Shown here piece after piece: positions 52,331-64,000 of a DNA stretch of 64,000 nucleotides; within the stretch, counting starts at the first letter, position 1; each line of letters starts with the position of its first letter. A program made the translations under genes and the position numbers. The stretch comes from Cycas panzhihuaensis (Eukaryota > Plantae > Cycadophyta): the NCBI GenBank assembly GCA_023213395.1, contig CM041465.1, positions 206,653,741 to 206,717,740 of the forward strand. The letters are read 5' to 3'. The notes under the pieces were generated by a model that saw only the letters and a program-made list of their open reading frames with translations, was not told where the DNA came from and searched no databases.

Positions 52331-52917
52331 CTTCAAAGGGACTAATGAATTTTCAAGTTCCTAAATCACTCACTCTTTATTTTAAAATGATCATGGATAG
52401 ATTTATGCACTAAATAAAGGATAACCTTCAAGCTAACATTCTACTAACAAAGCTAGAAGAAAAGCATATTGATACCAATTGGAACAACAAATTTGATGCT
52501 ATGATGATAGGTGAAGATGATATGCAAAAAATATAAATATCATAAGCACTTCTACAATAAATTGTAAGGGTGTTGAGATCATCTTAGTATCTGAAGAAGA
52601 TAAACATAGAACAAATATCACTTAAGATAAGCTAACAATCTTAAATGGCTCTTAAGATGTTCCAAGAGGCTCTATTTTGGATCAATAGTATTCTACTATC
52701 ATTTTTCCTAAAGATTTCAAAGTTTCCCCCAAGTGGTATGAGACCTTGAAAGGGCTATAGAAGGATTCTTAGAGATGAATATACATATGGTCCTATCATC
52801 ACCAGATTTTATGTCACTTATATAGAAGAAGGATGGCATTCCATACTTAGTTTTCAACTAATATTACAATGAAAAGATAATTGGTTCTAAGTTTGATTCT
52901 ATATATAATTTAAAAAT

Positions 52918-53301
52918 TATTAGAACTGTTAATGTGGCAGTTAATTATTAAGCCACTTAGTTAATGTTAATTTGATTTAATTAAGTGAAAATGTGTGAAG
53001 CCAAAAGGTGTGACTTATTCAAAGGATCATAGCCCTAATTGATTGACACCTCTTAGGAGAATATAATTTCCTTGATGCCTTATGTATCCAATATCCAAGA
53101 TCATTGTATCAATCCATTGTGCAATAGTTAAGTGATCCATTAAAGAATCCTTTTGTGGTGGGTTTTTTTCCAAAAGGGTTTTCCCACATAAATCCTATGT
53201 ACAATGCATTTGTTTTCTGTGTGTTTATTTGTTTACTTGTTATGTATGGTAAAAGATTCTGTGGTGGGGAACATTTGTGTATGATTTCATGTTCCCAAAT
53301 A
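52918..53301 (+). mobile_element. Solo LTR (384 bp, Copia-like)
   Basis: tattag...ccaaata (decayed TG..CA), TSD aaaat/agaat, U5-like gtggtgggtttttttccaaaagggttttcccacataaa. No adjacent PBS or PPT. Confidence 0.65.
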
Positions 53302-54055
53302 AGAATGACAATTTAGATATCATCATCCTTCTAGGAAGTCATTAGATATTCTTTAGAGTTGTTTATAGAGAATAAAGAGTCTTACATAGAGTTAACATTA
53401 AAAGTATAGTGGGATGAAGACATTTTTAAAAATGAAGAACATATATTACCCCTCATATAAGGGTATAAAACATTCACTAAAGTGTTAAAATCCCATAGAG
53501 AAATTAAAATGGTGATAGAAGTTGAAGATATAGTCATAAATCATTTTACTATACGACCATAATCAGATGATACTCTTGATGGATTTGAAAAAATAAGGAA
53601 CTTTTCTAAAGAGGAAGTTGATTAGGATTTATCACTAAATATGGATTTTGAAGAAGAAGTATCTATATTTATGTCTAACATATATGATCACTTCTCATAT
53701 GATTAGGGAATCTATGTTGCATGAGCATTCATATCTAGTTATAAAAATTCATCTCAAGATTTTAAAGATGGGGAGCCTATCTTATTCTTAATAGTTGGAT
53801 AAGATAAGAATGCTACCACTATGACTATCATAAAAGAGGAAATTATAGAGGTTGTTGTTGAAAGAACTTAAGAATAAGAGAAGACTCTAGAGAGGATGAA
53901 TGTATTGAATGCACTAATAATTTATTTAGATTTTATTCAAATTCTTTTTAATCTTATCTACTCTAAGTTATACCTAACATACTTCAATTCTCACTTTAAG
54001 ACTAACTTCAACCCCACATCATGTGATAAAAAATGGAAACTTCCATTAAACTTAA

Positions 54056-57000
54056 TGAGATGTTTCTTCTCAGTAACACTATTGAGATAGTAGAGAAATG
54101 ACAGTCACAACTGTGTTGTTTTATCCAATAGGACAAACAAATGAACCAAGAGTTTCACAGGAACACTAGAGCACTAAATGATCACCGAAAATAGAAAGCC
54201 TTGCAGCATAATCTTTATAAAAAGTTCTATCAAGAAAACCATCATTTATAATTTATGACCCTTATATAGACAAAAGAGGGTCTTATATATGTAATCCTAT
54301 TAGTAGCCTAAGTGGCCTTACATTCTATTAGATGACAGCGGCCATGCACACCATTGGTCAGCTTAATGGCACATGCATAAAGTTTCATAATTAACCTTAT
54401 CTTATAACTTGATGATAGCTCTTCGTATACTAGTGGTTTTTATAAATTAGCCAAATAAGTTATGTAACAGGTACCCTCCTCTAAGATGTCGAGTCCTTGA
54501 AGCATGTGAGATGTAGGTGCTCTTTGATAAACTCCTCAAACTCCCAAGTTGCTTTGTTAGAGTTGCAGCCTGTCCATTATATCAAATATTCTAAAATAGA
54601 CTGATTCCAGAGACAACATTGTCTGGTAGCCAGTATACATTATGGAGGTATGGACAATGTTTACTCTTCATCCAAAATTAGAAGGGTTGTCTATGGAATA
54701 TGGGTTTTGCTTAGACACTTCCAAAGATAGGAGACATAAAAAACATTATGGATATTTGTGGTGGGGGGAAGGTCGAGAGCATATGCAACTTCACCAATAT
54801 ATTTAAGGACTTTATAGGGTCCATAATATCGAGGGCTAAGTTTTTAGTTCTTATGATGGCAAAGGGATTATTACCTGTAAGGTTGGAGATAGAGGAATAC
54901 AAGATCATCAATATTGAAGGAGTGATTAGAGTGGTGGCATCCTACTAATTATTTCATTCGATTTTGGGCCATGGATAGGTTTTGTTTAAGGGTGTGGAGA
55001 ATTTGGTCCATATACTATAGTTTGGGTTGTACTGCTACTGTGCAAAGGTTAGTAGCCAATGTATGGTGAGACAATGGGGGATACCCATAGAGGGATAAAA
55101 ATAGGGATATTCCAATAGGTGAATGGTGTGAGGAGTTGTACCAATACTCAGTTAGGGCCAGCCATGATGTCCATTTAGACTGGAGGTTAGATGCAAAACA
55201 ATATAAGTAGATCTCCATAGTTTTGGTAAGGACCTCAGATTGGCCATCAGCCTATGGATGGTATGCTGAATTCATGTTGAATGATGTTTCTGATGCGCAG
55301 AATAGCTCCTGCTAGAAGGAGCTAGTGAATTTAGGGTCATGATCACATACAATGGTAGATGGAAAACCATGTAAATGAAATATTGTCTGGATGTAAATAT
55401 CAGTGATACGTAGAGATTTATAAGTTGTGTGGATAGGTAAGAAGTGGGTATATTTTGTCAACCTATCTATGACTACTAAAATGGAGTCAGATCTAACAAA
55501 TAGTGGTAAGCTCGTTATAAAGTCCATGGTAATATCTTGCCATTTACCTTGTGCAATGTGCAACAATTGAAGGAGGCCTAGTTGGGGTTTTGTATTCGCT
55601 TTATTACATTGGCATGTGTCACATTTTGAGACAAAGGTAAGGATGGTAAATTTCATTTCTGGCTAAAAGAAATCAGAACATATCCTATGATAAGTTTTAT
55701 CAAAACTAAAATGACCGCCAAGAGGGGAAGAATGATATTCTGATAAAATTTATGGGATAAAAGCTAAGTGGGGGTATACGAATATGTGATTTTGGAATAA
55801 TAAAAGATTATTATGGATGGACCAATCCTTATGAGTGTGGGTCTTATTAGACCAGTGCACAAAATTAGGTTAGGTTTGGTTAGCCATGGCTAAATCCTAT
55901 ATCCATATCAGTTGTGGGGAACAAATGGCACAAATGATGGGGTGCTTAGTGTGACCAGTGTTATCATTAAGTGTAGGTTAAGGTAGCCTCGAGAGATCAT
56001 CTGCCACAATGTTATCTTTCCCCTTTTTATATGTGATTGTAAAATTAAAAACTTAGAGCTGATTGACCCATTTAGCCTACTCTTCTAAGAGGATTGGTTG
56101 ATCTAGTAAGTGGCGAAGGCTATGATGATCAGTGAGGATAGTAAATTTAGAACCAAGTAGATATTGTTAACACTTATCAACAACATGGAGGATGGCCCAC
56201 ATTTCTTTTTTATAGAGATAATTTACACATGATCTTTGAGTTTCTGACTTTTGAAGGCAATGGGATGGAAGTCTTGCATTAAGACTGCACCTAATCCAAA
56301 CTTGGAGGCATCACATTCTAATTGGAAAGGCTGAGAAAAGTTAGGAGAGGCCAAAATTGGGGTGGTTGGCATGACCTCCTTTAGATGAAGGAAGGCCTCA
56401 TTAGCTGAGGGGGACCATTGGAAGGAATCCTTCTAAAATAAGTCGGTTAAGGGGGTGGTTAATGTGGCATAATTTCGAACAAACTGATGATCGAATCCAG
56501 TAAATCCTAGGAAAGCCCGTAATTAGATCAAGGTTTTTGGGGTTGGCCAATTAATGATGACATAGATTTTATCAGAATCTATATGAACCCTTGCAAAGGA
56601 TATAATATGACCAAGGTATTGTAGTTCAAATTTCCTAAATTCACATTTAGAGAGTTTAGCATACAACTTATTTTCAGCTAGGATTTTAAGAGTTGTTTCT
56701 AAATGTGGGATGTGAGCAGGCATGTTTGAGGTATAGATAAGAATATCGTTAAAGAAGACGATGATAAATTTTTATAGGTATGGGGAAAATATCTTGTTCA
56801 TGAGGGTCTGAAAGGTGGCTGGAGCATTACATAGGCCAAGGAGCATGACCTATAACTCAAAGTGGCCATGGTAGGTTCGAAAACCTATTTTATGTTGATC
56901 CTCTAGCAAGATAGGGATTTGGTAATATCCTGATGGTAAATCAAATTTGGTGAAAATTATAGTCCCATGGATTTCATCTAACATGTCATCGATTCATGAT

Positions 57001-60000
57001 ATGGGAAACTTGTTTTCTATGGTGATTTTATTAAGCGCACAATAGTCAATGCAAAGTTAGAAAGAGAGATCCTTTTTGCGAACTAAAATGATGGGTGTCG
57101 CATACAGGCTTTTACTAGGTTGGATGATATCCATATGTAACAATTCCCTTGTGATTTTTTTGATTTTATTTTTTTTGGAAATATGAGTTCATGTATGTTC
57201 TAAGGCTAATTAGGTTGTGTAAATTTTGTAACTTAATAGTATGGTAAAAACCTCGATTAGGCGGGGGCTGGTAGGCAATGAAGAAAATACCAATTAGTAT
57301 CGATCTAATACTTGTTGGATATTAGGGTGGATACCCAAAGGGGCCTAGATATGGTTAAGACAAATGATGTATCCTATTTTACCATTGAGTTGATGGCACA
57401 TTTAGGTGGGTGAGATTACTTTGTTTAGGGGGGCTTGCATCCCATACAGTTTATGAGAGTGGCCCATGTGATCTTTAAACATAATGAAGGGGGCCATGGG
57501 TGAGTTATTAGTGCTATAAGTTCCTAGAGTCTAGAGCCATTGTACACCAAGAATTGCATCTAACCCACCTGTGTGTAGGGCATAAAAATTAGAGACGAGT
57601 GTATATGAGCCAATGTGGACCATGAGGATTTTTATTCTTCCAGTATAATGGAGAGTGTGATGACTAGGTAAAGAGAAAGTAAAGCCTAATTTAGGTTCTA
57701 TGTAAAGATTCAACTATCGAGCAATGGAGATATCAATGAAATTTAGTGGTATACCACCATCGATCAAAATGGTAATTGGGGTTTGACTAAGTATTCCTTT
57801 GACTCAAAGTGGTTTAGGACATGTAATAAAGGTAACAGTTGATAAGGAAACTTTAGGCTTAGGGTTTAGGGGTAACTCATCAGTAGGGTGGTCTTGGGAT
57901 TCATCATCATATTCATGATCAGTCTTAGGGTTATCCTTAAAAGATAAGTTTGGGTCAATTATGAAGACCATCTTTCTAGCTTTGCAGATACTACCGTAAC
58001 TAGTAGTCCATTTTTTAGAACATTACATACATAGACTAGCTTCCCAACGATGTTGTGCCTTTGCTGGGGTGATGTATATGGACTTTAAAGAGGGTTCCTT
58101 TACACGTTACTCGAGAGATGTAACTAGGGTGTCCTCTAGTCATGAGTGCAATCATTAGTAATTAGTTGGATGTGGTCTTTAGGAATAGGCTGTATCAGCT
58201 TGTCAGGATTATGAAAGCCAAGTGGAGTCTCGTCTAAATGGAGGAGGTCTTTCTACGGCAAACTCTGCTTCTATTGCTTTAGACATATTAATTTCATCTT
58301 TTAGATTAGATAGGGAGACCATCTTTAGGCACATTTGGATAGGTTCTTTAAGCCCAGACACATACGTATCTATCTCTATCTATTTATCAAGTTGCTAATG
58401 AACTCGATTATGTAAAGATTGGAACTCATCAGTGTAAACTTTGACAGAGGATATTTACTTCAAACATGTTAGCTATGTGAAAAAAGATTAGTTCCAAGTG
58501 TCTTTATATTGCTTGAAAAATAACTAGAGAAGTATACCCAAGACTGGCTAGAGGGGTACTCCCACTTCCACCATCAGAACCAATGATGTGCCTTCCCATC
58601 TAAGTGGATGGAAGTAAATGTAAGTTGTTCATTTATTGACATTGGGTTGAGTGTAAAGTAGGACTCTAGCTTGCTAATCCAACTTCGCGCACTATCCCTA
58701 TTGAGGTTTGGATCAAATGTGGGTATGTTGATCTAATGATGAAATGGTTACTACTAACGTGGAGGTAGAGGGGTGATTTGTTGCTATGTGGGGATGACTG
58801 GTAGTGGAGCAGAGAAGTTGTTCAACCTCTTAATTATATTTTGGACATCATCATGGGATGCTAGGTTTAATAGTCTTGAGTTAAATTCTTCCCGCATGGT
58901 AGCTACTTCATTTTTAACCTCCTCATGCATGTGGGCAAAATCCTCCTTGATTTTTTCCTAAATATTGATGACGTGGGTCTCAAGTGCTAAGATTTTATCA
59001 CTGTTGCTTTGAGGAGCCATGGAGAAAGGGCGTAAAGAGGTAGAAATAAGTAGAAAGAAAGGGAATGAATGAAGTGGGAAAGATCAAGAAAGAACAGTAC
59101 ATAAGAAAAAGGGAGTTGTTAAGGGAAAGAAGGGGGGAAATAGGTAGAGTGTGGGGTGTCTATAGCTTATTGACCCCAAAGGAATTTACATAAACATGAT
59201 ATCAAGTTCTCACAAATAATTGCGAAAAGCTCATTCAAATGGGGTATACAAAGTATAGGAGGGGATGGGGCTGGTGGGGCCCACTAGTGACCAGGTACTA
59301 AAAAACGTGAAAATTTCTGGTATGTACCAACCTAGTGCAAACTAACCAGTATGATGTACTAACCAAAATGAGGTATATATTTATAATGGTAAATTTTCTC
59401 ACTGAACTAAGTGGAGTTTTTTTTTTCCTTTATTTTTCTCTTCTTCTTCTTCTTCTTTTTCTTTTCCCTTTTTCTTTCTTTCTTTCTTTTCCTTCTTGTA
59501 GTGGGTCTGACTACACTAATAAGTTCTAGGTTTAGGTAGTAGGAGGAACTTCTTTTTTTAAAATATGAGGTGACTTGTGGTCTGAACCCCGAATATGTAT
59601 ACCAAGGTATCCTACCAACTACTAGACAAGGTGTGCTTGGTCTTATAGGCCTAGTAATAAACTGTAGAAGTTCAGGGTAGGTAGCTTCATTGCACTAACC
59701 ACTAACCATTGCACTACAAGACTTCAGCAGTTGATAGTTGCCTATGCTAGGGAGGGAGAAAAGAAAGCCACCCAGTAGAGTTATCTATCCTTGAGTTATA
59801 ATTCAATGCAGAATTTAAAATATAGAAATGAAATTAAAACTGGATGAAAAACAGAAGGATAAAATGATGGTGTTACCTGGGAAAAAGAATTCCCCTTTTC
59901 TCCTGACTCTTGAGCTGTCCTGGTACCATTTCTTAATCTATGTAGAGAGAGTACTAAGAAAAGGTCTTTCCTTGATCTCTACCGTGGTAGAGAGAGTACT

Positions 60001-60490
60001 TAATCTAATAGGAAAAAAAAAAAATTCTAATCTTCCGAGCAGCTTCCCACGATTGCAACACAACTCTGATACCACTTGAGACATTTCTTCTTACTAGCAC
60101 TATTGAGATAGTAGAGAAATAACAGTCGCAACTATGCCATTTTATCCAATAGGGCAAACAAATAAACCAAGAGTTTCACAGGAACACTAGAGCACTAAAT
60201 GATCACCAAGAATAGAAACCATTGTAACACACTCTTTATAAAATATTCTATCAAGATAACCATCATTTATAATTTATGACCCTTATATAGACAAAAGAGG
60301 GTCTTATACATGTAATCCTATTGGCGGCCTAAGCGACCTTACATTTTATTAGACAGTAGTGGCCATGTATACCAATGGCCAGCTTAACAGCACATGCACG
60401 AAGTTCCATAATTAACCTTATCTTATAACTTGCTGATAGCTCTCCGTATACTAGTGGTTTACATAACTTAGCCGAATAAGTTATGTAACA
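54056..60490 (-). mobile_element. Chromovirus (Ty3/Gypsy) element with decayed gag-PR-RT-RH-INT-chromodomain (LTRs 54056-54469 and 60077-60490, 414 bp each)
   Basis: Perfect TSD cttaa (54051-54055 / 60491-60495); PBS tggtatcagagt on the minus strand (60063-60074); PPT agaggaggg. Gag ATG at 59020; protease ILIDGG and DAILGVQWL; RT LYAKLSKCEF..YLGHIIS; INT CDTCQ..WQDITMDFI..VVIDRLTKY; chromodomain ILATR..EYLI*WTG..ATWE at ~54520-54650. Confidence 0.95.
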
Positions 60491-60815
60491 CTTAAAGTAT
60501 CCACCAAAGTTATTAAATGGAGGCTTTCTACATCATAAGTTCTATTACTACTTAATGGCATCTAGTAAGGAGATTCCCCTACCATATCATCTTATTTTTT
60601 TTAATCTACAGTTGGAGGTATAGAGTTTAAACCATATTTTTAAATTACTAAATCTTCATGGATACATTTTATACTTTTAAATGGATAATTTATGGATAAT
60701 ATTCAACTTAATTCTTGAGAATTATTACCCTATACATATTAGAGTATTTACTTTTATTTTTAAAAGTTTATTTTTTATCAACCCACAAGGGGTTAATAAA
60801 ATTAAGGAGGCTAGA

Positions 60816-63800
60816 TGTTACCCTATTTTTTAGTCCTTTCTTTAAAATGGCATGTAAATGAGTAAAATAAGCCATGATTTCATTAATAAAAAAGGAAGAA
60901 GACTATGTAGATTAGGAGATTAACCTACTTATTTTGAAGATCATTGAAGGGTAGGTTCTGGAGCACTTATAAGAGTTAGTAATGGTCAAGATTCATGTTT
61001 TATTGAATCTGTTATGATAATTTTATCAAGACAAAAGTGCTTAGTAAGCATAAGTGAATTATCTAAGTCCAAAGGGTATTATTTATGTTGCAATGAGTTT
61101 TAGAAATTTCATTTAATCTTACATATGATAATATATAAATGGAGTTCTCTTTAAAATAATAAAGTGATAAGAGTAAGTAGATATGGGAAACACCTTATGC
61201 GAGAAAATAATAATGATTGAGTCATTATCACAAGTCACTATCTCACAGGAAGACTCCATTTGAGAATGTTTTTCAAGAAAGAGATGATGATGCAAGAAGT
61301 GTCAATGTAGGAAATACCTCACTTAGGAAAGACCAATATGAGAGAATAAAAGAGCAAGATAATTTTTGTGGGTTGTTATCCCATAAGGAGGCCCTATTCA
61401 AAAACACTTTTTAAAAAAAAGGGTATTAATATAGGAAAGATTGATATAGAATGGAAGCATGCGAGAAAGGAAACGCTACATATAAATCCCACAAACTAAG
61501 TTTCCACATAATGCTCATACCTTAATATGTAACTCCCAAGAATAGGCATTCATATAAGAATCCATGATGTGGGAAAGAGAGAAAGAACATGAAGTTCCTA
61601 TATATTATTCTCACACATTAAAGTTTTTTCTTATAACATTTTCAAAGGAAATCCCCCATGTGGGAAATATCACCATGGAAAGTAGCCATGTTGGACTATA
61701 TTTTAAAGATTTAGAGATTTAGAAGAGTATACTCTTAAGAGAATTTTTTTAAGTGGATATACTGAGTACATGAATGTAAATACAATTAGGGCTCTTGATT
61801 CAACATACACTTTAAATTACAACCATTGATCTCCCATTATATATTGTGCTTAACATCCAATTACTCAATGTGATGATGCCTTAATGACTTTGGTAATTCT
61901 AACATATCATTAATGTGAATGCATTATTCCTGACTTATAAGAAATAAACACATGATGGTAAAGATTGTGAGACATAAAGTAATAATTAATTTATACCATG
62001 TATCCCCATTTCATTATGATGGCTATAAAATAAGTTTTTGTGGCAAAGGAGATCCCATAAGGTGCGTATCTTATAGGTAAAATGATTACAATTTTAAATT
62101 GAATGGTCCAATCAAAGCAAGGTTCACATAGAAGAGATCAAGAATATGTCATGGTGGGTAACTTTATAGAAGATTTATAGGATGTGTTACATCCTTAATC
62201 ATAAAATGGTCATGGGATGCATGAATCATGTGGAGTTCCAAGAGCCACCTTAGGAAAATAGTTAATTATGAAAATCTAAATTAACTCAAATTGAGTTAAT
62301 ATATAATGAGAAGGTAATCCCTTATCTAAGATTACAATGTGAGAAAACATGAGGATTTGGCATAGTAAAGTCAAAAACATGCATGTAAGGGGAAAACCCT
62401 AAAGGTTAAAATCTAGTTATGAAGATAACCATAAGTAGAGGATGGAAAGTATCATAGAGTTATACCTTTATTTATCCAACCTCCATCAACAATTATCTAA
62501 TTAACTAACTAAAGTAGGGTTAGTATATATGATTCAAATCTAGCACCCAAAAATAAGTGAAAGATTACCTCCACCATTAGCTAACCTTGATCTATAGGCA
62601 ACTAACTTTCATCATGATGAATATCTTCATGGTAATAGAGGGTCATATTTCACAGTACCATAGTGATTGAGACCACTCTAATGGCCACACTCATAAGTCT
62701 ATTATAATAATAACACCAACTTATAGGGAGTTGCATTAGACCAAATGGCCATCACAAAATTTATCACCTCAACATGGGGTAAGATCATTCCCTAATACAA
62801 TGGTTATAGATCAACATAACATAGGAAAGGTCTAAACTCTCATAAGAGATATTCTTCACTAATTTGTAATGCAAGTGGAGGAAACTTATAAGAGAATACA
62901 TTATAGTTTAAAAGGGGTTCAATTGTGACTTGTGAAAAGAGAGAGAATTATGAGGGGTCCTTTAGGTGATTTTTTTTTTCTCTTTTTTTTTTTCTCTTCT
63001 TTGTCTTTTTCTATTTTCATCTTCTCTCTAATTCTTCTTTGTTGATGTCTATCTATATATGTAATTTATATGAATTATACTTTTGGTAAGAGGTAATTCT
63101 AAATGTAATATAACTTATGAAACTAAGAGTACTTAGGAAGCACATTTTGTTGCTGGAGGCCTTACTTCATTATAATTGTACCTATTTGTATTAAATGATT
63201 TTGTTGGGTAGCATTTATACACTCAAGTACTCTATTATATATAAAAATTATTTATAATAAAGTGTAAATTACTTTAAGAAATAATTGTTTCTTCAGTTAT
63301 TTTGTGACGTTTTATTGAATAATTTATCATGAGGAATAAAGATATATATATATATTACTAAAGTTATATTGCTTGTGGTTGACCTTTTTATGTTTCCCTC
63401 TGATTCTAAAGTTGAGATTCACTTGAATATATGCTAGGGCTCTCTAACTATGTATTTGACACTTTAACTTTGAATTATTGAGGCACATAATCTACACTTT
63501 TAGTATGTATTTTTGGCATTAATGAGGGAATTTGATAAAGGGTTAGGGAGTATAGTCTAGAGCTATATCCATTATGATTCTATTTGAAGGTCTTTTCCAA
63601 TTGGTTTATCCTAGGTAGATTAATACATTAACCTTCTTTTTAGTGATAAATACTTAAGTGAAATAAGTAAAGCTTATATTTCTCTATTTCTCTTTAGTTT
63701 TTATCTTCTTTTCTTCCTCTTTTCAACATTCTATTTCTTCCCCTTTTCTTTATCTTTCCTTATTACACTCTGAAAAATATCCTTTGTAATTCTATGTAAT

Positions 63801-64000
63801 GGCTATTTTATTTATTAGTTTTATATATTATGCATGTCATTTATATCATGTATCATAGGACAAGTCAACTTGGCTATACTGTAGAGTTAGATATCTTGTG
63901 TTTGCTTCACTATCATTTGTTCTTATTTGGCAAACATGTAAATCTTGTCTTATTATTATCTAATCCTTGGGGGGTATAATAATAGGGGAAGAATATAAAT
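60816..64000 (+). repeat. 3' LTR (partial) of the gag-only element; uninterrupted, so it shows the empty-site state for the three insertions in the 5' LTR
   Basis: Continuous across junctions that are interrupted in the 5' copy: ttaactcaaattgagttaatatata (~62281), ccaacttatagggagttgc (~62716), ggggtaagatcattccctaatac (~62776). Confidence 0.8.

Larger units (their letters stand above)
10433..64000 (+). mobile_element. Large non-autonomous Gypsy-type element with ~3.35 kb LTRs and a gag-only internal region; 3' LTR runs off the window
   Basis: Segments 10433-11906, 15650-16081, 49980-50042 and 50310-51543 are colinear with 60816-64000. The 3' copy starts tgttaccc after a purine tract aaggaggctaga; the 5' copy starts tactaccc. 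Internal region ~51700-60815 has a gag relic and no pol once insertions are removed. Confidence 0.8.

Noticed and set aside
59555-59725. Functional tRNA gene
   Set aside because: No complete acceptor or anticodon stems could be formed; kept only as a tRNA-like finding.
1-64000. Fungal RIP as the cause of the transition bias
   Set aside because: The element types (Tat with aRH, plant L1 ORF1, iMet-primed plant Copia and chromovirus) indicate a plant, and the young repeat is not mutated this way; 5mC deamination over time is sufficient.

Overview
Very AT-rich plant intergenic/heterochromatic DNA with no recognisable host gene. A gymnosperm-like large genome is my inference, not something the sequence shows. 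The window is a nested transposon stack that I reconstructed by eye from LTR pairs, PBS/PPT motifs and target-site duplications (TSDs). Left part: an L1 LINE ORF1 remnant (-), a decayed Pif1-helicase element (-), and three old LTR-element fragments. From 10433 to beyond the window end runs a gag-only element with ~3.35 kb LTRs. Its 5' LTR has been expanded to ~41 kb by a deleted Copia (11907-15644), a SINE-like insert (~50043-50299) and a host Copia (16082-49974). That host Copia contains a Copia (16603-21130), a second Copia (24177-33918, itself holding a very young Copia at 27257-32382) and a Tat-like Gypsy (36226-49063). The internal region of the gag-only element holds a solo LTR and a chromovirus (54056-60490). 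Most interesting observations: (1) a Pif1 helicase remnant with non-canonical-Helitron motifs; (2) an RT/INT-less Tat element that keeps an isolated archaeal-type RNase H and arrays of a hammerhead-core-like motif; (3) systematic CWG->CG frameshifts in the youngest Copia that look like methylation-driven long-read errors; (4) a stem-loop enclosing the PPT in five Copia elements. All alignments and translations are manual; no database search was run.
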